Made by a program: the position numbers and the translations under genes | Source of the DNA: Hormiphora californensis | Lineage: Eukaryota > Animalia > Ctenophora | DNA length: 64,000 nt | Direction: 5' to 3' | Assembly (NCBI GenBank): GCA_020137815.1 | Contig: CM035355.1 | Location: 8,370,001 to 8,434,000, forward strand | Shown: positions 38,901-51,100 of the stretch, in pieces | Layout of the letters: each line of letters opens with the position of its first letter | Position numbering within the stretch: the stretch's first letter is position 1 | Notes under the pieces: model-generated | Databases searched by the model: none | What the model was told of the DNA's origin: nothing | Seen by the model: only the letters and a program-made list of their open reading frames with translations

Positions 38901-41900
38901 TAGAGAAATAGGACCATAGTGCGTAGAGGACAGTCTTATATATTCTAGAGAAATAGGACCATAGTGCGTAGAGGACAGTCTTATATATTCTAGAGAAATA
39001 GGACCATAGTGCGTAGAGGACAGTCTTATATATTCTAGAGAAATAGGACCATAGTGCGTAGAGGACAGTCTTATATATTCTAGAGAAATAGGACCATAGT
39101 GCGTAGAGGACAGTCTTATATATTCTAGAGAAATAGGACCATAGTGCGTAGAGGACAGTCTTATATATTCTAGAGAAATAGGACCATAGTGCGTAGAGGA
39201 CAGTCTTATATATTCTAGAGAAATAGGACCATAGTGCGTAGAGGACAGTCTTATATATTCTAGAGAAATAGGACCATAGTGCGTAGAGGACAGTCTTATA
39301 TATTCTAGAGAAATAGGACCATAGTGCGTAGAGGACAGTCTTATATATTCTAGAGAAATAGGACCATAGTGCGTAGAGGACAGTCTTATATATTCTAGAG
39401 AAATAGGACCATAGTGCGTAGAGGACAGTCTTATATATTCTAGAGAAATAGGACCATAGTGCGTAGAGGACAGTCTTATATATTCTAGAGAAATAGGACC
39501 ATAGTGCGTAGAGGACAGTCTTATATATTCTAGAGAAATAGGACCATAGTGCGTAGAGGACAGTCTTATATATTCTAGAGAAATAGGACCATAGTGCGTA
39601 GAGGACAGTCTTATATATTCTAGAGAAATAGGACCATAGTGCGTAGAGGACAGTCTTATATATTCTAGAGAAATAGGACCATAGTGCGTAGAGGACAGTC
39701 TTATATATTCTAGAGAAATAGGACCATAGTGCGTAGAGGACAGTCTTATATATTCTAGAGAAATAGGACCATAGTGCGTAGAGGACAGTCTTATATATTC
39801 TAGAGAAATAGGACCATAGTGCGTAGAGGACAGTCTTATATATTCTAGAGAAATAGGACCATAGTGCGTAGAGGACAGTCTTATATATTCTAGAGAAATA
39901 GGACCATAGTGCGTAGAGGACAGTCTTATATATTCTAGAGAAATAGGACCATAGTGCGTAGAGGACAGTCTTATATATTCTAGAGAAATAGGACCATAGT
40001 GCGTAGAGGACAGTCTTATATATTCTAGAGAAATAGGACCATAGTGCGTAGAGGACAGTCTTATATATTCTAGAGAAATAGGACCATAGTGCGTAGAGGA
40101 CAGTCTTATATATTCTAGAGAAATAGGACCATAGTGCGTAGAGGACAGTCTTATATATTCTAGAGAAATAGGACCATAGTGCGTAGAGGACAGTCTTATA
40201 TATTCTAGAGAAATAGGACCATAGTGCGTAGAGGACAGTCTTATATATTCTAGAGAAATAGGACCATAGTGCGTAGAGGACAGTCTTATATATTCTAGAG
40301 AAATAGGACCATAGTGCGTAGAGGACAGTCTTATATATTCTAGAGAAATAGGACCATAGTGCGTAGAGGACAGTCTTATATATTCTAGAGAAATAGGACC
40401 ATAGTGCGTAGAGGACAGTCTTATATATTCTAGAGAAATAGGACCATAGTGCGTAGAGGACAGTCTTATATATTCTAGAGAAATAGGACCATAGTGCGTA
40501 GAGGACAGTCTTATATATTCTAGAGAAATAGGACCATAGTGCGTAGAGGACAGTCTTATATATTCTAGAGAAATAGGACCATAGTGCGTAGAGGACAGTC
40601 TTATATATTCTAGAGAAATAGGACCATAGTGCGTAGAGGACAGTCTTATATATTCTAGAGAAATAGGACCATAGTGCGTAGAGGACAGTCTTATATATTC
40701 TAGAGAAATAGGACCATAGTGCGTAGAGGACAGTCTTATATATTCTAGAGAAATAGGACCATAGTGCGTAGAGGACAGTCTTATATATTCTAGAGAAATA
40801 GGACCATAGTGCGTATAGAGGACAGTCTTATATATTCTAGAGAAATAGGACCATAGTGCGTAGAGGACAGTCTTATATATTCTAGAGAAATAGGACCATA
40901 GTGCGTAGAGGACAGTCTTATATATTCTAGAGAAATAGGACCATAGTTCGTAGAGGACAGTCTTATATATTCTAGAGAAATAGGACCATAGTGCGTAGAG
41001 GACAGTCTTATATATTCTAGAGAAATAGGACCATAGTGCGTAGAGGACAGTCTTATATATTCTAGAGAAATAGGACCATAGTGCGTAGAGGACAGTCTTA
41101 TATATTCTAGAGAAATAGGACCATAGTGCGTAGAGGACAGTCTTATATATTCTAGAGAAATAGGACCATAGTGCGTAGAGGACAGTATTATATATTCTAG
41201 AGAAATAGGACCATAGTGCGTAGAGGACAGTCTTATATATTCTAGAGAAATAGGACCATAGTGCGTAGAGGACAGTCTTATATATTCTAGAGAAATAGGA
41301 CCATAGTGCGTAGAGGACAGTATTATATATTCTAGAGAAATAGGACCATAGTGCGTAGAGGACAGTCTTATATATTCTAGAGAAATAGGACCATAGTGCG
41401 TAGAGGACAGTCTTATATATTCTAGAGAAATAGGACCATAGTGCGTAGAGGACAGTCTTATATATTCTAGAGAAATAGGACCATAGTGCGTAGAGGACAG
41501 TCTTATATATTCTAGAGAAATAGGACCATAGTGCGTAGAGGACAGTCTTATATATTCTAGAGAAATAGGACCATAGTGCGTAGAGGACAGTCTATTCTAG
41601 AGAAATAGGACCAAGTTTTCAATTGCCTGTACAATGAAGAGACCACGTGTTATTGAGTCACATCCCCCCGCCCTGAATCACGCTAACAAAACCTACCTGA
41701 GCAGACGATGAAAGTTTGAGATTGAAGAAATAAATATACACAATTAGGTGTACTACTAATAGCACACTCCCAACTTCGTACCACTAGAATATAGCTCTCA
41801 GACTAACCAGGGTGACTAAGTGCAACCGTAAACCAGGAATAGACCAAAACAAACACATCTATATTATGGGGTCAGAACGATAATGTAACACTTACAATGC

Positions 41901-44900
41901 CACGTAACGACTGTCGGTTAAACATATCTACTCGACTACTCATTCTACCTGGTCCTACGTACATTATATATCTTACTTAACTGAGAGAAGGGGGAAGATC
42001 GAGTGAAGCCTGTTGTCCTAGTCCGGGCAATATCAATGTCAAGCATAGTTCGGGCAGAGGTTCCAGGTAGAGATTCCATGTAGATCAGAGCAAGGCTGGA
42101 GAGCAACGAAGGCTAGGCTGGTAATCTGAGAACTGAGAACTATGTCCTCTGAGAACTCCCTAGCGGGCTTAGTCTTACTGGTTTCCCATTCTCTGAGTGC
42201 TGCTTGTAGTCAAATTACCGTAATGAAAATACAGTAAGGAGACGCGCACGGTGCATAACGCGCGGCAAAAAGTTCATGTGTCAGCACGTACTAGCGCCCT
42301 GATTGGTCACGGTTGCGTGTCGTCTTACTGTATCTCCGTTTTCCATTACCGTTTTCCCACTACAAGCGATCGTGTCTCCGTCCCACTCTGCACAGGCGTA
42401 TTCTTCTTCGTTCCAGACGAACCCAAAACTCGTCATTTACCCATTCTATTATATGTTCGAACAAAGAAACTATGAGCTCGTTTGTTAGCACAGACGAGTC
42501 ATTTCTTCGTCCCCATCACGTTATTCTATATAATCGGACGAATTAGATCGAATATTAGATCGAATTAGATCGTCGTTTACCATTGAAATATTCGTCGATC
42601 GTCGACACATACTCACGTGATTTTCGGCCCAGGGAGCGGGCAGGAATGTGCGACTAGCTCTGGATCCTATGAGATCATCCTCTGGAGAAGGAAGCGGCTA
42701 TTCCGGTTCCTCTGCACGCGTCCCCCCGCGTACATAAAGACCGCCATTGGCAGGGAGCATCCCTCTGTTTTTGATTCAGAAACACGTAACACACATTATA
42801 TCTTTGTCGAAATGATATTTACAAAATAGATCACGTACACACGTAGAAACAAGCTCACTGTTCTGGATCATTGTCAACAAATATAGGTTGATATCCAAAG
42901 AATCTGTAATCCATCTCATAAAAGTCATTAATTCTCTCCTGATCTCGTCTACTGAGTTGACCCATAAACTCCTCCACACTGACATCCTCAGCTCTATCTG
43001 CATTATCTAGAAAGTAAGCCTTATGACTCGCAAGCTTTAGTTTTTCAAGTAACGGAGGAATTTCTGATTTCATATTTTCCAATTTAACGATAATATCTAT
43101 GTTATTTTGGCAGATGTCCAGCCATTCTGATATGGGCCGCCAGTGGACGTTATACGCCCTTTCGTCTCCTTTATCATCCGCATCAACGATAAACCGAACA
43201 AATTCAGAGAAAGTGGGTGGAGATAGCAAGGGATTGTCAGGGGATTGTTCTACCAGTTTATCGTCAATCCATAGATCCAACTCTCCTTCAAACTTTGTTC
43301 TCTGTTCATCAGTCCAGCTGGGGTCATTTCGGCCCAAAATGATGGAAGGGCGAACCCACTGGTCCTTTAGGGCTGACAACTCACCACGGTCCAATTGGGG
43401 TTTCTTGAAGTGAGCAATTAGTCTGGATAGGGGATGTCTGATAATCGTAAACCTTAGAGCATCATCAGGCTCCTTGGTAAAGCGGCGTGTTTTTAAACCC
43501 TCCCCTTTCTTTGCCTTCTTGTACTGCAGGAGGAACTTCCCCAGGTATCCCAGATTGTACTGGTCCCCATATTTATTCAACCTTTTAGTCGTGTACTGGT
43601 CTATGAAGAACTTCTTCCACAAGGTGCTACCCGCTCCAAAGACTGGTGCCCAGGTCGCCTTCAGATAGGGGAAGTGATACATGTTACTCTGCTCAAAATC
43701 TGGACTATCCTCCCAGGTACAAAGGTCCTTTATCACATTGTTTCTCTCTGTGAACCTCTCACTAACATCCTCGGGCTCTGGTTGTAAGATGCGCATCTCA
43801 ATAGGACCTTCTGGAGGTTGGAACTTGGCCCTCACAGCTGGTGGCTCTTTTTTTGGTTTTTGCAGAACTTCCTCCAGTTGTTGTGGGGGTAACTGTTCTT
43901 GGATTGGGTTACCATCGTTATCATGGTTACCATGGTTATCATGGTTACTGACCTCAGCCTCATCACATTTCACTTCACGGAAGAAGTACCAATGTAGTGC
44001 CTCCTGGTTTGTTATAATCAGATACCAGAGAAATAGGGCAGAGAGAAAGATCAGGATGTTTAGGAGTCGATGAAATACCCACCCACTGTAGGGGAGGATT
44101 GAAAAGCACCGGATCATGGTGTGAAACACAGTTCCTTGTTCATTTGTAGAATCTGTAAAATAGTGTTGTGTTTAGAGAAGCACGAATCAGCGATATTATA
44201 TAATGGCAAAAAAGCAATACGAATCAAGAGGCTGTCGAGCAAAGTTCTACATAGTCAGTAATATGTGTGGCAAGATGCGGCTGCCGTTAAACAAACAAAC
44301 TAATACAACACGCTTCAGACCTGCTTTATGAATTAATATGCAGTGTGAGCTATTACATAAGCAACTAGCTGGTGTGTTCCCGGCATGGAGAGAATGGGTC
44401 GGAAAAGGCAATACAAATACATGACTGAGTAAACAATGTGACAAGATTTTGCAACGGGTATACAGACCCTAAGTCTTATACAGACTCTAAGTCTATGTCC
44501 AGTACATAAACAAACAAAGCGTATAAGAAATACGATCAAGAGAAAATTGAGTTATTTTACAAAGCTTCTGCAGAAAGCAAGGATTCCAATCATATTTTCT
44601 AGATTCGAAAGAACCATGAAATAATATAGTTAGATCTCATCCTTGATGTGGTAATAGATAGGAAATAACAACATTTTGGTGCTAAACGCCTTTTTGCAAG
44701 TTTTACACGTATCAAGGACCTCACAATTAATGTTCATTCTATTTACCACATCATTTTATCCGCCCTGCACAGGAGCCCTTTGTTAAACCGTGTGCAACTT
44801 ACACACCCAGTGTAACTTGCAGTGTAAGGGGCGGAATTCCTCTCTTTGTTTGACCCTCCCTTCCAATAGGGTGCTGGGAAAAAGAGCAACGTGGTATACA

Positions 44901-44951
44901 ACTACAGGCATAAAGCAACAACTTAACGTACCATAGGCTCAAGAGGAAGAG

Positions 44952-45032
<81 letters not shown>

Positions 45033-48000
45033 AGAGAGAAGAGAATATCGGAACTAGCAGGTGCGCACGAGTCGAATCTCGCAGCGGCATTAGCCTCTGG
45101 CGCTATGCTCTAGCATATCGACGAGCTCTCTCTCGCCTACCTCTCTGCACTTGAGCCGTTTTGGCTATGTTGAGTTCCTGACTTTTACTCTCCTTAAGCT
45201 CTATACTTTATCCTAGAGCGCTTTCTTTCCCTCTAGTTACACACCGTTTTAAACATCCGTATATGTAGATATGTGATATGGAGTTTCCTGGATTTGAATT
45301 ATGAACACACATCTGCCTGTGTAAGCTTGTAGTACTGGTTAAGACCAGAGGGGGGGGGGGTGTCTTAAGATCCATTATTTACCCAGTTTACTGCAGCTCA
45401 TTCTTCCACAACTCTTTTCATCATCCCTTCTCCTTTTGTCCCTCTACAGCCGACCTCTATACTTCTGAGAACTTTGCTCCTCCACTTCACTATAAGTATA
45501 GCTGTACTTCACTGTAGATCATGTACTCCACTATTTGTTCCTTTTGTTCCTCTACAGCTAACTACTTCACTTGTTATGTTTTAACCCTCCCTACTACTAC
45601 ATTTGTGGGGGGCGCACCAATGGCAGTCTAGCTTGGCAAATACTTCACTACAGCTGTCTGCTGTACCCTCTATCGCTATCTCTATCTCGGCCACCACAGA
45701 CCTAAGAACCATCATTTTATCAGCAAATTAAGGTGTGACACGTTAACAAGGGAAGTTAATAACATGCATATAATAGGGAGTGAGTAAATATATCATTGAT
45801 TATGGATCCAAACACAATTGGAAAATCATTATGAAAACAAAGTGGTGAACACAAAACAAATATTATAATGTGGAATTTGCAAGACACTGATACAAATCAG
45901 GAAGTTCTTCTTGGGTTTCTACACCACATCCCTAGAGTGTCGGATTTTGAAATAATCTTTCCACTTCCATCTTTACTAGACGTATTTTTTCACGCTGATT
46001 CCGAATCTGTCATTTATTTTGATCTACGACCACGTCTTCCCCTGGAGACGCCCTCCTGAATGAATTGCTTGTGCGTCGCGTTGCAGTGCTGTCACTATGC
46101 GCTCTCTCTCTCGCCAATTAGCTGCGCTCGCAAATTTACACACAGCTGTGTCACCTGAGATGGATCTCAACGGAGTTGCTGTCTTCTCAGTTCGGTAATT
46201 TCGAGAACTCTGGACAAACACTTGTAACTTGGTGGCATAAAATATTAAATAAAGTAATATCTCAATCTCATCTCTCAAGCTAACTTCACAGAAGCTAAAA
46301 ACTGTAATCTGTTAAATAAAACAGGTTGTAAATTATACATGTTGTCACGCATGTTACACATAAATAGGTTAAAATTGTCTCTATGTTCTATAAAAGTCCC
46401 TCTGCCTGATCCATGCGACGTTGTAGTTTTCCTACACGAACCTTCCCTGGGTTCTCCTCTCGGTTCCGTTTGATTGCCAGGGCCATACCCACTTGCCTCA
46501 TATGCCCGGTGATGCGAACTTGGCTTTTTGATTCGATGACCGTTTACTTGCTTTCTTGGTATTGTCAAACAGTTTCTTCAAAGCCCTGGGCAAAAACAAG
46601 GATAGAAATAATTTAATCTGAGAAATAGTAGAGAACTATTGCGAGTAGTAGAGAACATTTAATATACTTAAGAACAAGTATAATACTCAGGGCCACTTAC
46701 TTTTTAATATTAAATTCTAAAACTGTTGTAACGCCATTATTGACAAAAAGCTCCGAAATAGCTCGAGCAGTCAGAGTAAGAGCGTCGTCAACGGGAACTC
46801 GTCTGGGGGACCCGGAGGCAAGCTGATCCACGTGCGAAACGGCAAGAAAATGGGAGAGGACGTTTCGCTGAGTCAACACTATGTGGGGCTGGAGCGGATC
46901 GATCTTTTCAGAACCGATAAAATCGTTTAAAGTGCCGTCATTGAGGTTGTCAAACGGATAATAACTACCATTTTTACAATCGAAATATCGAATCTCTTTC
47001 TCGAAGCACGTGATTTGTCACGTGTTGAAGACATAACCCCGGCTAAAAGTGAATGAGATTGGGCACTTCCTACTCACCCTAATGATTTTATATTAGATGG
47101 CCTAACTGGGTATTTCTCCTTTTAGATCTTTTTTCCTGTTGTTTGGTTCGTGATTCCAGCCCAGGTTGAGTTTCAGGAAATATCGATATTTCCTGAAACT
47201 CAACCTGGAATTACGAACCAAGCAACAGGTCCAATTCATTAGCAAATGATCAATTGATGATGGATTGGATCTTAATTGTCTTGGCGTTTAAACTCAAAAT
47301 TTCTGACCGCTGAGCAGCTTCGTTGAGATCCATCTCACAGTTGTGTGTAAATTTGCGAGCACAGCTAATTGGCGAGAGAGAGCGCATAGTGACAGCACTG
47401 CAACGCGACGCACAAGCAATTCATTCAGGAGGGCGTCTCCAGGGGATGACGTGGTCGTAGATCAAAATAAATGACAGATTCGGAATCAGCGTGAAAAAAT
47501 ACGTCTAGTAAAGATGGAAGTGGAAAGATTATTTCAAAATCCGACACTCTACCACATCCCAAGTACAAGGGACAGGTTGTGTTACCACACCACGTCCCAA
47601 TACACAAGGAAAAGGGGCACAGGAGGTCACCTAAGATAATATTGACAATATATTGTTACAAGAGCGCTAATATATGTCGCATTTGCATCTGTAAACGAGC
47701 ACAATATAAATATAGTCTGACCACAGTGGGATAGAGAGATAGAGATAGAGAGAGATAGAGAGAGACTCTCTAATATAGAGAGTTGTGTGTAATAATAAAT
47801 AGTGAGGGTCTCTCGATAACTTAAATACCATCTTGACTCATTACACACAAGTAAACTGCAGTTCTTGTGTACTCTTTCTATTTCTTTATCTCTCCTTCAC
47901 TTGTATATCTCTCTCCCTCCCTTACCCCCCTCCCTTTATATTTGCACGTCTTGATAAATAGAACCATGCTTGTATACCCGATATATCTCCCTCCCCACCC

Positions 48001-48163
48001 CCTCTCTCTATCTCTCTCCTAGTTAAAGTAACAATCTCTCTCTCCCTCTCCCTCTCCCTCCCCCTCTCTCTCTCCTAGTTAAAGTAACAATCTCTCTCTC
48101 CCTCCCCCACCCCTCTCTCTATCTCTCTCCTAGTTAAAGTAACAATTTATCTCCCTCCCCCAC

Positions 48164-48194
<31 letters not shown>

Positions 48195-51100
48195 CTAGTT
48201 AAAGTAACAATCTTTCTCACCTGCAAATGCGTGCATGATCCAATTGAAGGCGTGTTTCAGGGGATGGGACCCCATCTCTCTGAGGTGGTAAAACAGCTGT
48301 GGCTGATGGGTCTGCAGAAGCGATTCAAACTGGAGACACAGAGACAACACACCTGGATTAAAGGTGTGGTTACTAATGGTTACTATGGTTACAATTGGGG
48401 GTTACTAGGGTAACCACAACAATTGGTGTTGTGGAGACACAGTAGACAACACACCTGGATTAAAGGTGTGGTTACTAATGGTTACTATGGTTACAATTGG
48501 GGGTTACTAGGGTAACCACAACAATTGGTGTTGTGGAGACACAGTGACAACACACCTGGATTAAAGGTGTGGTTACTAATGGTTACTATGGTTACAATTG
48601 GGGGTTACTAAGGAGACACAGAGACAACACACCTGGATTAAAGGTGTGGTTACTAATGGTTACTATGGTTACAATTGGGGGTTACTAAGGTAACCACAAC
48701 AATTGGTGTTGTGGAGACACAGAGACAGCACACCTGGATTAAAGGTGTGGTTACTAAAGGTTAACGACACAGATTAAGTAGGCATACTATAACAGTCACC
48801 CCTATAACACTACCAGCTGGGTGACGCCTACATGTATCACCATACTACTGAGTATACTTCACAACTAGAGATATGGAGCTGAGTATACTTCACAACTAAC
48901 TACGATTAACATCACCATTACGAGCTACTTGATAGTATCCTGCAGTGCCAGTGCTGGTCCCTGATTGGCTGATGACCAGTCACGTGACCTAAATAACGAG
49001 TTCTGATTGGTTGTTTACTTGTTTCATCATTACAGCTTGAGCTACTTGATAGTATCCTGCAGTGCACTCAGTTACAAACATTACGAGATTCACAGAATTA
49101 CCACTGACAATGGACTCAGCCACTATCAGCAATAAATCTGTGCAACTCAGTTGTCGAACTACATAATAATAGGGTTGTAACATCATGGCAGAGCTAATGT
49201 GGAACTAGATATAGCTGCACAGTTGAAACCTACTACTACTAGAACAAGATCTGGTGCAACATGGCTACTCATTGCTATACTACTACTGATTTACAGCACC
49301 ATACTACTCACACACTATGATATCTGTACTCAATAACACAAAGTTGTGAGACTACAACTCACCTTGTGGATGACTGGAGAGAGCGTGTAACCGGAAGAAG
49401 AACCGGGTATAAAGTTTACTGAACACATTGTACAGTATCACAGGATCGCTCCATATGAAACAAAGAGGTGCCAGGTACATTGAGAACCCATGGAATGGTA
49501 TGATACCGTTAGGGGGGTAAACCGCCGTCTGCTCCAGCTCCCCTACTGGATGGTGGTGGGGGTTAGTAATGTTAGGGGTGGGGGTGGATGGGTGGGGGTG
49601 GAGGTTTGAGGGTGGATGGGTGGTGTGGAGGTTTGAGGGTGGAGGGGTGGGGTGGAGGGGTGAGGATGGAGGGGTGAGGGTGGAGTGTTAGTAATGTTAG
49701 GAGGATACACTGCCGTCTGCTCAAGCTCCCCTACTGGAGGGGTGGGGTTAGTAATGGACCCGGTCGGAAAGTCGGAACACTTTTACCAATTTTTTAAAAA
49801 GTACAATGTTTTGTGCTAAACATAGTACTTTTGCTTGGTTGAGTATTGTTATCCACCCGAAATTATCTCTAAATTACGAATATGAAAACTAGAACGTTAA
49901 AGCTCATTTCTGCTTTATATTACAAGGCCTCAAAGTGTGTGGATAATTTTTGTGTGGATAACGGTGCTCATCCAAAGTGGATAAATGGTATGGTCCTGAA
50001 ACTTTGGTGGATAATTCTGCATCTTATTACACCTATTTTGACACTACAAAGAAAGAAAAAACGCTAAACCAATGTGGATAATTATCCATTTTCTAGTAAA
50101 AAAGCGACTCAACCAAGGATTAGGGACATTATTTCGGGTTGAGATTGATTTCAATCAGTTCGCCAATCGATTCGGTATCTATTTGACTAATTACTGGTGT
50201 TCAAAACTGACTCAACTGCTGTGGATAAGCTTATTTGTGATCATCACTTTAAATCATTAGTTCCACTATCTTTTGCTGGCAACTAACGACTCAAATTGTG
50301 GATAATTTTAGGAATTAGAACTCAGAAGAGTTGCTAAACCGATGTGGATTCAATCAATAGTCTTAATTATCAATAAGGGGATCCAACATGACTCAACCAG
50401 TGTGGATAAAAATCAGATTTTATCAGAAAAACTTATCCACAGAGGTTGAGTTTACTACTTTTGCCAATTAAATTACTACAATTGATAGCTCCAACGCTTG
50501 TGCACGTAACTTACCCAATTTGGTACTCAAAATCTGCTCAACTCGTGTGGATATTCGTGATCACTACTTTAAATCATTAGTTTCACTATATTTTGGTGGC
50601 AACTAACGACTCAAATTGTGGATAATTATAGGAATTTAGAACTCAAAAGTGTTGCTCACCGATGTCCCCTACTGGAGGGGGTGGGGTTAGTAATGTTAGA
50701 GGGTGGAGGGGTGGGGGTGGAGGGGTGAGGGTGGAGGCGCCGGGTGGGGGTGGAGGGTTGGTAATGTTAGGAGGGGATACTGCCGTCTGCTCCAGCTCCC
50801 CTACTGGAGGGGTGGGGTTAGTAATGTTAGGGGTGGGGTGGAGGGGTGGGGGTGGAGAGGTGGGGGTGGAGGGTGGTTGTGGAGGGTTAGTAATGTTAGG
50901 AGGATACACTGCCGTCTGCTCCAGCTCCCCTACTGGAGGGGTGGGGTTAGTAATGTTAGGGGGTGGAGTGGTGGGGGTGGAGGGGTGAGGGTGGAGGGGC
51001 CGGGTGGGGGTGGAGGGTTGGTAATGTTAGGAGGGTACACTGCCGTCTGCTCCAACTCCCCTACTGGAGGGGGTGGGGTTAGTAATGTGAGGGGTGGGGT

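Noticed and set aside
34191-41613. CRISPR array or repeat-protein CDS (ORF 34121-34732)
   Set aside because: Head-to-tail identical units with no unique spacers, no cas genes and a eukaryotic context. The ORF arises from a stop-free 45-bp unit with no synonymous variation.
42238-42730. CpG-rich segment with weak inverted ends as a MITE or promoter
   Set aside because: The inverted match is short and imperfect, with no TSD or second copy in the window.
49850-50630. Bacterial oriC (TTATCCACA/TGTGGATAA DnaA-box-like motifs)
   Set aside because: Lies in an intron of a eukaryotic gene with no bacterial genes nearby; better explained as transposon subterminal repeats.
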